Source of the DNA: a virus
Reading direction: 5' to 3' (one strand)
IMG/VR virus record: IMGVR_UViG_3300047200_000500
Location: 105,622 to 169,621 of that record
Length of the DNA stretch: 64,000 nucleotides
Shown here: piece after piece, positions 46,568 through 57,183 of the stretch
Layout of the letters: each line of letters begins with the position of its first letter
Position numbering within the stretch: position 1 is the first letter of the stretch
Program-made: the position numbers and the translations under genes
Notes under the pieces: model-generated
Told to the model about the DNA's origin: nothing
Seen by the model: only the letters and a program-made list of their open reading frames with translations
The model's database searches: none

Positions 46568-49500
46568 ATGGCTACATCAAATAATCCCTATTTTAGGTTG
46601 TTTCCCTTAAATAACGCTCGCACTGGCTTTAAGCCATATGCGATGCCAGTTTTATATATAGAACGTTATAGATTAACTGAAGATGGAATGGCTATAAGTG
46701 ATTCAGAAACTCAAAAAATAAGATATTATGTAGTTAATGCCCCTGATGTCGCTAAGGTTGCTGGACCATTTAATACTAATTTAAGAGTTCCAAATATTTC
46801 ATTGTATGAAATAGATTTAACTGTACAGCAATTGAATGATAAAATATTAAAAATAAATGGTTATCAATTCTACCGTAAAACTATTGACAGTAAAGGTGTT
46901 GTAACATATACTCCAATTGACTTTTCTGAAGCTGAAACTGGAGACTATTTTGATTATAGGTTGGAATCCAATAATGTAGGTGATAAAGTAGAATATTTTA
47001 AAGATGCGTATTACTATGATCTTTCAGGTGTAGAAATTACGGTTGATGGTCTTCCAAAACCAAATAGATATTTCTTCATTTGGGAAGCCACTTTCTTTAG
47101 AAGAATTTCTACTTTAAATGGCAATTTGAAATGTGTTGGTACTGATCTGGGGATGTCAAATGAAATATTAGAAGTTAATCATCCTGGTGAAGTACATCAC
47201 GCAATGTGGAGAGGTACTCCATCGCTTTATTTTAATTATGAAGGATATAAAGAATCAACTGACCCTACATTGGAATTTTATAGACCATTCGCTGACTTAT
47301 TACAAGACATATTTGATGAACAAGCACTTTTGGATGGTATCAATCGTATAGATACTGTTCCCATTGCTTTTATACCTTATTTGGCTTATCTTATAGGGTG
47401 GGATTTACCAAATTATCCAGGTGTGACAGATAATCTTAGAAGAAAAATTCTTAAGCGTGCTGTTCATTTACAAAAATTGAAAGGATCAAAGAGAGCAATA
47501 AGTGAATTATTTGAAATGTTTGGTTTTACTGTTAATATTATCAATTTATGGGCTGATAAACAAGGTGATAAACTTCTTAGTGCTGGTAATGGTTTGGAAA
47601 CCTTATTGACTGTACAGGTTGATCAACTTCTTTCAAATTATAATGCTATAGGGTTTGGTATTGATTATCCAATACCATTAACTTTTTTACCAAATAAAAA
47701 TGTACAAATAGTCTTATATGCTTACCAAGTTAAGCAGGGTACCAATGACTATCAAAAATTGGTTGATTTTTCAAATAAGCTTTCATCAAATCTTGAGTTC
47801 TATAATGACGATACAATAAGATATGATGTCAACAATACTATAACAACTAAATCTATAAATGAATTAAATGCATCATTCACTAATGATGGTTTAATTGGAT
47901 CCACTAAAGTATTGATTGGTGGAATGAGTTATCAGATTTATGGCAGAAAAATATTGAATTCATCTAATATTTCTTTTGATAAAAATGAAAATACAATAAT
48001 TTTAAACTTTGACCATGAGTTAAGTGTTGATGGTGGTCAATTATTTGTATTTCCTATTTATGAAAGAACAAAATTAATAATTCCAAATGAATTATTAAAC
48101 ACCAAGTCTAGTAGATTCGATGCTGAGATAGCAAATAAGGATAATAGTCCAATAGATTATAATTTATTGATCTACATGTTGTCGTTTATTTTTAAACTTA
48201 AATCATTTCATTCTTTATTAAGAAAACTGATTTATACAATTGATATTTATGAAGTTTATAACTTAATTGATTTCTGTGTTTCTGAAAATGATTTATTAAA
48301 GCCAGGAACTAGTTCTGGTGATTTACAAGTTCCACCAGCTATAATACCTACTGGTGAGACATGTGATGATTCTAATCGCAATTTTAAAGATTCTGACATT
48401 AATTTAAAAAATATAATTGTGCAGGGTTTAGAGGCAGAATTTCAAGGCTGGAAAAATCAAAGAACTACAGATAGCGATGGTAAAATAATAGGTGATAATT
48501 GTGAATTAAATAAAGAAGGGCAAGATAAAGTACTGGTTGATAATACTACTGATTTTGATCAAAAACCAGACAATAGACCAACTTATTGCATTAATCTTCC
48601 ATCAAAACCAGATTTTTGTTATAAAGGAAGAGTGACAGCCGACGAAGTAACTGTTACCATAGCAGAATTAAAAGAGATTTATCAGAATGTTCCATGCGGA
48701 CCGAAACTTGGATATGGATTCTATTGGGAAGAGAAATCTCGTGTAAACTTTGATCATCAAAATGTTGGTTTTTTAAATTCAAGGTTGAAATTTGTTGATA
48801 ATAAAGATGTAACATTACATTATAGTGCATATCCATATTATGATAAAGATGTTCAAAAATCTCAAAATACTTTAGCTTTAAGCCCATCGTCATTAAATAT
48901 TGAGAAAGAACATCTCGGATTTCCTTCTCACAGATTTTTATCAATGGGATATCTTGCCAATGATTATGATTATACATCTTTAAATATATCATATGGATAT
49001 GATCTTGTTCGCAAACGACCATGGGACGAAGAATTTCAATGTGGATATTATTTAAACACGCTTAATGCCACTCTATCAACAATAAGCGGAAAATCTGTTA
49101 GAATATTCTATAATGGAAGTTCATTTGATATAGAAGAAATGTATACTGGATCAATGATCAAAAATGGATTCATGACTTATAATGATGCTGAATCATATAT
49201 TAATTCAAATAATATGTTCGTTGAACAAGATTTAACATGGTCTAATAGTGATTTGATTTATATTGGAAATGGAATTGAATCAGAAATTGATTCTCTAAGT
49301 GATCATACAATAACAACTGGTGATGACAGATTAATAACTCATAATGTGTATCAACATACTGAAACAAATCCATATGTCGTAGATGATTTCACAATAAATT
49401 CTTCATCAGTTATATCAACAAGTAATGATTATGGCCCAATATTTAGAAGTGTATGTAAAAGTTCTAATGAAGATTTTTCTGGTGGCTATCCGTCAATTAG

Positions 49501-50449
49501 CAACACCACTACAATTAGTGGAAATTACAGGTTTGATACAACTGATCCAAGTGGTTTACTTGATAGACCATTAATAGCTTCTGGAGTTGGTTTACCTCTA
49601 AATCCATTAAAAACCAGTGCAAGATTTTTTGAAAATTCAATGATATTTGTTAGTAATAATGATTCTAATTATCAATATGTTGTACCATATAGACTTGATT
49701 GTAGTTGCATGATAAACGTTTGTGATCAGACTAATATGACTGGTGATTATACAGAATGCAAACCAGAATCTTTGTATGATCAAAATGGCAATCTTGATGT
49801 ATCTCCTGATAAAATCGAATTTGATTTTACAGCTTTATTAATTGAGAAAATATCATTATGTTCACGTTTGTCAAATCATGAAATTAAAAATTTATTCTGT
49901 ATTAAGGATGATTGTTCATTACCAGAAACAGGATCATTCAGATATAAAGATGATTATCAAATAATTTATGAATTGTCCTGGATAACAATGAACGACATAT
50001 TAGATTTAATATTTGTAACTAAAGATCCTAGAACTCCTGGTGCCAATTCTGATGAATTTATAAAAGATGGTAGAGTTTATGTAAAAGGGATAATCACAAC
50101 CACAAGACAAATAATTAGAAATGGTACAATTATAGAAGCAGAAGGTGTTGAACAGGTTGTAGATTATTTCCAAATTAATGTTAAATGTGGTGATACAGCA
50201 TTTGAAAATCCTTTCTCTTATGGTATAGATTGTGCTATTCATGATGACCTTGAAATTGTTGTGTCTGATGGTCCAAGATGGATGGATCCAGAAGATGTAG
50301 GCCCTGGTGGAGTAACATTCATAGAATCTACTGTTGACCCATGGAAGAGAGGTACTGTATGGGCAGATGTTGATTCTGATACATCTGGGATAACTTACCC
50401 GACGCCAAACCCATTAATGTGGATAGATTTTGTTAGTAACGGATTGTAA
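46568..50449 (+). CDS. large baseplate wedge protein with P2 gpI-like (phage tail protein) domain
   Basis: ID..P..FIPYLAYLIGWD...RRKILKRA..L..LKGS.RAI..LF..FG; ATG 46568 follows CAAATATA. Confidence 0.7.
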   Translation: MATSNNPYFRLFPLNNARTGFKPYAMPVLYIERYRLTEDGMAISDSETQKIRYYVVNAPDVAKVAGPFNTNLRVPNISLYEIDLTVQQLNDKILKINGYQFYRKTIDSKGVVTYTPIDFSEAETGDYFDYRLESNNVGDKVEYFKDAYYYDLSGVEITVDGLPKPNRYFFIWEATFFRRISTLNGNLKCVGTDLGMSNEILEVNHPGEVHHAMWRGTPSLYFNYEGYKESTDPTLEFYRPFADLLQDIFDEQALLDGINRIDTVPIAFIPYLAYLIGWDLPNYPGVTDNLRRKILKRAVHLQKLKGSKRAISELFEMFGFTVNIINLWADKQGDKLLSAGNGLETLLTVQVDQLLSNYNAIGFGIDYPIPLTFLPNKNVQIVLYAYQVKQGTNDYQKLVDFSNKLSSNLEFYNDDTIRYDVNNTITTKSINELNASFTNDGLIGSTKVLIGGMSYQIYGRKILNSSNISFDKNENTIILNFDHELSVDGGQLFVFPIYERTKLIIPNELLNTKSSRFDAEIANKDNSPIDYNLLIYMLSFIFKLKSFHSLLRKLIYTIDIYEVYNLIDFCVSENDLLKPGTSSGDLQVPPAIIPTGETCDDSNRNFKDSDINLKNIIVQGLEAEFQGWKNQRTTDSDGKIIGDNCELNKEGQDKVLVDNTTDFDQKPDNRPTYCINLPSKPDFCYKGRVTADEVTVTIAELKEIYQNVPCGPKLGYGFYWEEKSRVNFDHQNVGFLNSRLKFVDNKDVTLHYSAYPYYDKDVQKSQNTLALSPSSLNIEKEHLGFPSHRFLSMGYLANDYDYTSLNISYGYDLVRKRPWDEEFQCGYYLNTLNATLSTISGKSVRIFYNGSSFDIEEMYTGSMIKNGFMTYNDAESYINSNNMFVEQDLTWSNSDLIYIGNGIESEIDSLSDHTITTGDDRLITHNVYQHTETNPYVVDDFTINSSSVISTSNDYGPIFRSVCKSSNEDFSGGYPSISNTTTISGNYRFDTTDPSGLLDRPLIASGVGLPLNPLKTSARFFENSMIFVSNNDSNYQYVVPYRLDCSCMINVCDQTNMTGDYTECKPESLYDQNGNLDVSPDKIEFDFTALLIEKISLCSRLSNHEIKNLFCIKDDCSLPETGSFRYKDDYQIIYELSWITMNDILDLIFVTKDPRTPGANSDEFIKDGRVYVKGIITTTRQIIRNGTIIEAEGVEQVVDYFQINVKCGDTAFENPFSYGIDCAIHDDLEIVVSDGPRWMDPEDVGPGGVTFIESTVDPWKRGTVWADVDSDTSGITYPTPNPLMWIDFVSNGL

Positions 50450-50475
50450 ATATATCATTCAAAGATAACTAGAAT

Positions 50476-50904
50476 ATGAGCAAAATCAATACTAAACTTG
50501 GGGTGCTATTAGAAGACGTGAAAATGTCTCACGAGCATAATGATTCCATATCTGCTGTTTGTAATAAAATTAAAACTCTTGAGATACAGACTAAAGAATC
50601 AAGAACTGAATTATCACAATGCATTGATGCCCTTTGTGCCGATTTGGCAAAAGAAATTAGAAGACTTCAAATAGATTTAAATGTCACAATGACTAAAATA
50701 GGATGCAATGTTGGATATAGATCTAAATATATCACATGTGAAGTGGTGCCATTTCAAAATAAATGGAATTTTAGTAGTTCAGATTTTGGAAGAATGTTTA
50801 TGAGAAGATATCCAGATTGTTGTGATCTTGGTGGTTCAATACCGCATTTAGCTAAGTGCCTCGCTGAATTCTTCACTAATCAATATAGATCATTAAACCC
50901 ATGA
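50476..50904 (+). CDS. hypothetical protein
   Basis: 142 aa, N-terminal VLLE. Confidence 0.55.
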   Translation: MSKINTKLGVLLEDVKMSHEHNDSISAVCNKIKTLEIQTKESRTELSQCIDALCADLAKEIRRLQIDLNVTMTKIGCNVGYRSKYITCEVVPFQNKWNFSSSDFGRMFMRRYPDCCDLGGSIPHLAKCLAEFFTNQYRSLNP

Positions 50905-51146
50905 CTTTAACCACTACTGGTGTTCCAATGGCAGGAATGTATGCTATTAACACTGATGCTAAGTATATTGATCCAAAATCTAGTGTGAAACATAAGAAAA
51001 CTAAGAAAACTACATTTTCTCCATTTATGAACAAATCTGATGCATCAAAACAGCACATTACTGGTATAATGGATAATGCTGGAAAAAAGAAATCCAAAAT
51101 TGAAGAGAAGATAGATAGTAAAATAAGGGATTTATTAAATGACTGA
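50901..51146 (+). CDS. small basic hypothetical protein
   Basis: 81 aa, coupled. Confidence 0.45.
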   Translation: MTLTTTGVPMAGMYAINTDAKYIDPKSSVKHKKTKKTTFSPFMNKSDASKQHITGIMDNAGKKKSKIEEKIDSKIRDLLND

Positions 51147-51777
51147 TCTAGATAATAGAATAAGGTTGGACCAGTCAATAGTTGATTTCACTAAGTCTGG
51201 TACGACTGGTGAACTTCATGATGAATATCCAAAACCAAATACTCAGGCCAGATTTGATTTAATGAGGACTTATTTGATTGGATTACTATCTAATCAATCG
51301 TCTGATGAAGATACTGATGGTGAACCGTTTGAAAAGCGTACTGGAACATTATGGTACAAGAAAAAATCTGCTCTTCTTGAATTATTCAATGGCACAGAAT
51401 TTGAAGATTTATCAAAACATATAGGTATTACCATTGATAAAACTAAAATACCTATTGAATCAGTGATACTCAATATCTTAGCCGCTTTGCGTTATGTGGC
51501 ACCAAGAGTGATTTGGTGTGGACGATTTGATCAAAATGTTACAGATATCATCCAAATACCAGCAGCATATCAAGGATATGCTGCAATGCCAAATATGCAT
51601 CCATTAGTGTACATTAATGGTTTATTAATAGATCCACGTGATACAACTATACAAGCTGGATCACCGTTCTATATTAAAATGAACGATAATTTTATTCCAG
51701 AAGTTGGCCAAAAATATACTGTAATACTTGAACAAGTTTCTGACATAACTCAAGAAGACATAATCGGTCAAGGATAA
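51139..51777 (+). CDS. probable virion protein
   Basis: 212 aa, GTLWY, LVYING.L..P beta-module typical of tail proteins. Confidence 0.55.
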   Translation: MTDLDNRIRLDQSIVDFTKSGTTGELHDEYPKPNTQARFDLMRTYLIGLLSNQSSDEDTDGEPFEKRTGTLWYKKKSALLELFNGTEFEDLSKHIGITIDKTKIPIESVILNILAALRYVAPRVIWCGRFDQNVTDIIQIPAAYQGYAAMPNMHPLVYINGLLIDPRDTTIQAGSPFYIKMNDNFIPEVGQKYTVILEQVSDITQEDIIGQG

Positions 51778-51780
51778 AGT

Positions 51781-52860
51781 ATGCAAACAGCTAAATTCGA
51801 AGAATTTTACAACGGTATTCGTGATGATAAACACGGATCTATTGGTATAATTGAGTTTATCATTAAAGATAAAAATGGGAACATTTTAGACCATAAAATT
51901 GAAAAGAATATTATTAAAATATTTGCAAAGGAGATGTTAGCTCACAGACTTCCAAGTACTAAAATCTGGAATCCTGATGCCAATGGTGGACTTGGAGCAT
52001 GGGTTGATTCAGGTATTGATATAGATGAAGAATATTCAGCACGTTATGTGATGTTTGGTGCTTCGTTTGATTCAAATGGGACTCCTCTTGGAACTAATGA
52101 TCCACGTTTTTACACAAATGATGAAGTAACTGGTCAATTTATTCCAGTAAAATTAAACCCAAGTGCCGATTATGATGGTGGATTAATAAATGCCATACCA
52201 ATTGCTGAACCAAATAGACCATTAAAGAGAGTTGAAAATATTAGCTTCAGGTCAACATATCAGCCATCTGGTTCTCCATTAATAGATGAAAATGTTAGAG
52301 CTATAAATAATATAGTAAGTCTTGAAACAACTCTTAGACTTGCTGAATATAATGGTTTTGAGGTTAGTGGTGGAGATTTCTTTACTATTACAGAAGTAGC
52401 TTTAGTTGGCGGCAGGTTATTTAATGCTGTCCCAAGTTGTGACTGTGATCCAATTAATTTATTTCTTCAAGGTTTACCAGGATCGACCAGTTTAGAAGTT
52501 GCAGTTAATGCAGTTGCAAATGGTACCAATGTAATAACTATTGATACAGCAGAACAAACTGCTGCAGTTGGCTTGTTTAAACTTGGCGATCAGGTTAAGT
52601 TAGTTAATCAAGGTGGCACTCAGACAAATCACAATGTATTGAACCAAGTTAATTCAAACTATTTAGTAACAAGTTTTTCTGGTGGCCGTGACATACAATT
52701 AGACAGAGTTCCAACTGATTCTAATGGTTCGCCCATCATAGGTAACATTGGTGTTTTCAGAAATACTATGAAAATATTCAGTCACAGAATATTATCATAT
52801 CCCATTCGCAAAAGCGACGTGTTTGAAATCATCGTACGGTGGTCGTTAATTTTCAGTTGA
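51781..52860 (+). CDS. baseplate/tail-collar protein
   Basis: KNII..., FTITEVALV, FSHR...PI.K....I.VRW.L.F terminal motif. Confidence 0.6.
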   Translation: MQTAKFEEFYNGIRDDKHGSIGIIEFIIKDKNGNILDHKIEKNIIKIFAKEMLAHRLPSTKIWNPDANGGLGAWVDSGIDIDEEYSARYVMFGASFDSNGTPLGTNDPRFYTNDEVTGQFIPVKLNPSADYDGGLINAIPIAEPNRPLKRVENISFRSTYQPSGSPLIDENVRAINNIVSLETTLRLAEYNGFEVSGGDFFTITEVALVGGRLFNAVPSCDCDPINLFLQGLPGSTSLEVAVNAVANGTNVITIDTAEQTAAVGLFKLGDQVKLVNQGGTQTNHNVLNQVNSNYLVTSFSGGRDIQLDRVPTDSNGSPIIGNIGVFRNTMKIFSHRILSYPIRKSDVFEIIVRWSLIFS

Positions 52861-52864
52861 TTTA

Positions 52865-53797
52865 ATGCCAACAGGCATAAAAATAAATTGGCCAATATAT
52901 GATCAATTATTAATTGATAACGTTTCAAAATATAATATTTTAGAATTTACTAGAAAATTCTTACCACATATTTCTCCAACAGCTGTTGCTAAAAGGATTA
53001 AAAAATTAAATTTAAAACCGTTAAAATTTGAATTTAATGATGAAATAAGAGAAAGAGTAAAAAATGGAGTAACTAGTAATTATTTTGATGAAAAAACTGA
53101 TAAATTGTTACTTGATAATATCAAGTCAATGTCAATTAAAGAATTATCAAGATTGACTGGATACGATAAAACAGCAATATGGCGTAGACTTAAAGAAATT
53201 AATTATATTCATGATAAAAATGATGTTTATAATAAACACAGTATCGCAGTTAAATTAGCATTATCAAATCCAGAAGTTAAAAGAAAATTATCAGTTGCTT
53301 CTAAGGGTAAAGTATTAAGCGAAGAAACTAAATTAAAAATAAGTCAATATATGACTGGTAGTGGTAATCATCAATATGGTAAACCAAGAACTAAAGAAGA
53401 AAATGAAAAAGTATCTTTAAAAATACATGAATTAATGTCACTTGGTAAAATTAATAATAAATGTTATATTAATGGTTGGCATCAATCTAGTAAATCTGGT
53501 AATGTCCACTATAGATCATCTTATGAATTGGCTTATTATAAAAAACTTGATGCCGACGATAATGTAATTAATTATAAGGTTGAGCCACTATTAATTAAAT
53601 ATTTTTACAAAAATTGTCTAAAATATTATAAACCAGATCTATTAGTTAATAGAAACAGTGGTCCAACACTGGAAGAAATTAAACCATTAATATTTGTTCA
53701 TTGTAAAAGAAATCAAGCAAAATTTAAATATGCCAGTGATTATGCGACAAGGTGCAACCTAGAATTTAAAGTCATAACTGAAAAAGACATATTTTAA
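52865..53797 (+). CDS. homing-endonuclease-like protein: NUMOD3 repeats + TnsA/T4 gp4-like PD-(D/E)xK nuclease
   Basis: KGK.LSEETK.KIS...G..NHQYGK; YRSSYE..Y...LD..EP..I.Y..YKPDL.V..EIKP..N.AK. Confidence 0.75.
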   Translation: MPTGIKINWPIYDQLLIDNVSKYNILEFTRKFLPHISPTAVAKRIKKLNLKPLKFEFNDEIRERVKNGVTSNYFDEKTDKLLLDNIKSMSIKELSRLTGYDKTAIWRRLKEINYIHDKNDVYNKHSIAVKLALSNPEVKRKLSVASKGKVLSEETKLKISQYMTGSGNHQYGKPRTKEENEKVSLKIHELMSLGKINNKCYINGWHQSSKSGNVHYRSSYELAYYKKLDADDNVINYKVEPLLIKYFYKNCLKYYKPDLLVNRNSGPTLEEIKPLIFVHCKRNQAKFKYASDYATRCNLEFKVITEKDIF

Positions 53798-53816
53798 ATA
53801 TCAAATTTATATTAGC

Positions 53817-55697
53817 ATGAGCAAAACGTTATTTAAATTTTATAGTGATGAATATAGGAGGTTAATACCTGTTGACCCTGATGATTATTCACCTACATCA
53901 TCATTGACTTTCTCATGTTGGTTTAAGGCCAAGAATAGTAATCGTCACCAACACATTTGTGGTCATAAAAATCTTGGATTTTCTTTTAGTTTAACACCTA
54001 TTAATAGTTATTCATATATAACCGCTAAAGTTGGAATAAGTACAATTACTTATTCTAAACCAATACAAAACAATGTATGGTATTTTGTGGCGTTAGTATG
54101 GGGAGATGATGACAAAAGTTTTAAATTTTACTTGTTTGAAGATATAGCCCACCGACGTGGCGGCACTATTAATACTGGCCCAACACGATATAATAATGAT
54201 GTTACTCAATTGATCGGTGAAATTGATGTAAACAATGTTGTTTATGGGAGTGAAATAGATAAGCATATATGGATTTATAAAAATTATGTTGGAGTATCTT
54301 CATTCCAGATGACGGTTGCTGATATTGGATTGTGGAATGAAAAACTAAGTCATTCAGAAATAAATGAACTTGTTATATGCAATAGTATTGATCCAGGGTT
54401 GACATTATTATTTGATAAAGTTAATGATGCTGGTACTATTTATGGAAGTAAACTACCAAAATCAATACTTCAATTAATAAGATTAGCCAAGGATGATGAT
54501 CCTTGCATTATAATTGGTAACTCTTCTCAATCTTCTGAAAGTAGTTCATTTTCTAGTAAATCTTCTGACTCATCACCATTTGAATCATCTAGTTCAAGTA
54601 GTAAATCATCGTCATCGTCATCAAGCTCATCATCTGATTCGTCATCAAGCTCATCATCCAATTCGTCATCAAGCTCATCATCAAGCTCATCATCAAGCTC
54701 ATCATCAAGCTCATCGCCATTTGAATCATCCAGTTCAAGTAGTAAATCATCAGATTCGTCATCAGATTCATCATCTAGTTCATCATCAGATACACAAAGA
54801 GGATTATTTGCAGGTGGAACAAATGGTAGTAGTGTTCTAAATACAATAAGTTACATAACATTTTCATCAACTAGTAATGCTACTAATTTTGGTGATCTAA
54901 CTGTTGCAAGGTATTATTTAGGAGCTTGTTCTAGTAATACTAGAGGGATATTTTGTGGTGGTGTCGTTTTTGCATATGGCAATATTATTGATTATGTCAC
55001 TATTGCTACAACTGGTGATGCTATAGATTTTGGTGATTTGAGTACGACCAGGAGTAGGTTTGGATCATGTTCCAATTCTACAAGAGGACTATTTGGTGGT
55101 GGGTATGATTCCACTTATTCAAATGTCATTGATTATATTACTATTGCTACAACTGGTAATACTTTAGATTTTGGTGATCTAACTTATAAAAGAGACAGAT
55201 CAGCGGCTTGCTCTAGTTCAACAAGAGGAGTGTTTATTAGTGGATATGGTTTCAGTAGTATCCATCCAATAAATCCTGGAGTTAGTGAAACTATTGATTA
55301 TGTCGCAATAGCATCAATAGGAGATGCTACTAATTTTGGCAATTTGGTGACTTTAAGAATTGATGCAGCTGCGTGTTCAAATTCAATAAGAGGAATAATT
55401 GGTGGTGGAAATGAAGGATCGCCAATATACGCTAGCAATGTTATAGAATATATTACAATAGCTTCAACTGGTGATACGACAGATTTTGGAGACTTAACGG
55501 TTGAAAGAGATAGACTTGTTGCTTGTTCAAGTGCACTTAAAGGGGTTTTTGCTGGTGGTCAGAGCAATGTCAATGTTGTTAATGTTATTGATTATGTTAC
55601 TATTGCTTCAACTGGCAATGCCACTGATTTTGGTGATTTAATGACTATAACGTATATTTTTGCAGCGTGTTCAAATTCTCATGGTGGTGTAATATAA
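53817..55697 (+). CDS. tail-fibre/adhesin: LamG domain, poly-Ser linker, six propeller-type repeats
   Basis: LTFSCWFK..WYFVALVW; RG.F.GG..N.IDY.TIA.TG.A.DFGDL repeats. Confidence 0.75.
   Translation: MSKTLFKFYSDEYRRLIPVDPDDYSPTSSLTFSCWFKAKNSNRHQHICGHKNLGFSFSLTPINSYSYITAKVGISTITYSKPIQNNVWYFVALVWGDDDKSFKFYLFEDIAHRRGGTINTGPTRYNNDVTQLIGEIDVNNVVYGSEIDKHIWIYKNYVGVSSFQMTVADIGLWNEKLSHSEINELVICNSIDPGLTLLFDKVNDAGTIYGSKLPKSILQLIRLAKDDDPCIIIGNSSQSSESSSFSSKSSDSSPFESSSSSSKSSSSSSSSSSDSSSSSSSNSSSSSSSSSSSSSSSSSSPFESSSSSSKSSDSSSDSSSSSSSDTQRGLFAGGTNGSSVLNTISYITFSSTSNATNFGDLTVARYYLGACSSNTRGIFCGGVVFAYGNIIDYVTIATTGDAIDFGDLSTTRSRFGSCSNSTRGLFGGGYDSTYSNVIDYITIATTGNTLDFGDLTYKRDRSAACSSSTRGVFISGYGFSSIHPINPGVSETIDYVAIASIGDATNFGNLVTLRIDAAACSNSIRGIIGGGNEGSPIYASNVIEYITIASTGDTTDFGDLTVERDRLVACSSALKGVFAGGQSNVNVVNVIDYVTIASTGNATDFGDLMTITYIFAACSNSHGGVI
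54520..54790 (+). repeat. poly-serine low-complexity tract (TCAAGCTCATCA units, duplicated SPFESSSSSSK)
   Basis: directly visible. Confidence 0.9.
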
Positions 55698-56084
55698 TAT
55701 CACTAATGCTGTTAATATTAATATTATCAATAAAATTGGCTTATAATTAAATCTTTTGGGAATTGGAACTATTTCGTTTAGTACTCTCGCTTCATCAATA
55801 TATTTATCAATATTTGAAGATCTTGATGCGATATTTCTTATTGCTTTTAATCGCAATATTTTATTATCTATTGTGTTACATGGTTTTATTTTTATTGGAA
55901 AAATACCGTTACTAATTAATATTCTAACTAAAGAATCTTCAGAATCTGCTTCTACTGACCCATCTTCAATGGGAATTGATTCTAAAATTTCTTTTATTTG
56001 ATCTTTAGTTAATTTTTTTGAATCTACAAGAAAATTAGGTGGCAATTCAGACAGCTTGCACCCAACATATAGCCATCTAATCAT
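55671..56084 (-). CDS. C-terminally anchored protein with PilC/GspF N-terminal-like motif
   Basis: W.Y.G...GSVEADSE..L...L...G..P.KIK; C-terminal TM. Confidence 0.5.
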   Translation of the reverse strand: MIRWLYVGCKLSELPPNFLVDSKKLTKDQIKEILESIPIEDGSVEADSEDSLVRILISNGIFPIKIKPCNTIDNKILRLKAIRNIASRSSNIDKYIDEARVLNEIVPIPKRFNYKPILLIILILTALVILYYTTMRI

Positions 56085-56118
56085 TATCTATTTACCATTA
56101 AATTAGATGCAATGGTAC

Positions 56119-56532
56119 TCAAGATTTCCATATGTTATTTTGCATAACTGCTTTATCTGGAATCTTTTCATCAATTTTTAAACCCGAATCTCTTAATTCT
56201 TTAGCTGTATGACCTTCAAAGAAACTTGAAGGAAGTTCGTAATGAAACTCTAATGTATTTCTTACTTTGGTGCATTTAAAATATTTAATATCGAAACCAA
56301 TTAAATGCTCTTGGTTTATTTTTTCAATCTGTTCCCATAAACGATTACGAATCGACATCATAAGCGATTCGGTCATTAATTCGCCCTCAAACTGTTTTAA
56401 ATCTTTTGACATCTTCATAATATACGAGTGAAGCCTCTTAATGTCAACTTTATCTAGATTCGTTTTCTTACCGTCATCATGTTCTTCTTGATTGTCCATT
56501 TTGTTAAATTTCTCATTTACCTGAGGACCCAA
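56119..56532 (-). CDS. hypothetical protein
   Basis: 137 aa; start uncertain. Confidence 0.5.
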   Translation of the reverse strand: MGPQVNEKFNKMDNQEEHDDGKKTNLDKVDIKRLHSYIMKMSKDLKQFEGELMTESLMMSIRNRLWEQIEKINQEHLIGFDIKYFKCTKVRNTLEFHYELPSSFFEGHTAKELRDSGLKIDEKIPDKAVMQNNIWKS

Positions 56533-57139
56533 ACCCCATATTACTACGCTTTGACGGTCTTAATTCATTTGCATATTCAATGTCAAATCCAGCGTTTGGT
56601 AAGATTACCATTTGGGCTAATCTATTTCCATGTCTCACAACAACTTGACAACTGTTCTGATTTGCAACTTGTATTAGTACTGGGCCTCTGTAATCATCTA
56701 TAGTGCCTTCTATTACTCTTAAACGGTAATTCTTTTCACAACTGCTACGGTGTATAATTCTTCCATGGTATCCAACCGGAAATTCGAATACCATGCCAGT
56801 ATGAAGAATTCCTCGTTCATGTGGCCATATGATTTGTTCACCATTTTTAAGGTTTTCTTTTGATAACACTATTGGGAGATCGAATCCAGCATCTCCTGGA
56901 TATGCATATTTCGGAATACCAATCTCTTTATGTAATTCTTCGGCCAATTCACCATATTCATCTTTTGAATATGTGAATTTTATTTTGTTGTTTTTATAAT
57001 ATTTTGCTTTTTTAAGATCATTCATTTTTTCATTTATTAATAGTTGATCTGTTAAGTTAGGTATTTCTTCTGATAATTTCATGAATTCATCATAATCTGT
57101 TAATGAAAGTAATTTTTCGATTTTAAGCTGTATTGTCAT
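56513..57139 (-). CDS. dut: trimeric dUTPase with N-terminal extension
   Basis: AGFDL, HRSS, GTIDDYRG, RLAQMV, R..GFGSSG. Confidence 0.9.
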   Translation of the reverse strand: MTIQLKIEKLLSLTDYDEFMKLSEEIPNLTDQLLINEKMNDLKKAKYYKNNKIKFTYSKDEYGELAEELHKEIGIPKYAYPGDAGFDLPIVLSKENLKNGEQIIWPHERGILHTGMVFEFPVGYHGRIIHRSSCEKNYRLRVIEGTIDDYRGPVLIQVANQNSCQVVVRHGNRLAQMVILPNAGFDIEYANELRPSKRSNMGFGSSGK

Positions 57140-57183
57140 GAATTCTCAAATACATTATTATTATTAATAAGTATTTTAAAAAT

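Noticed and set aside
52865-53797. Tn7-like transposon (TnsA)
   Set aside because: No TnsB/TnsC or terminal repeats; NUMOD3 fusion indicates a homing endonuclease
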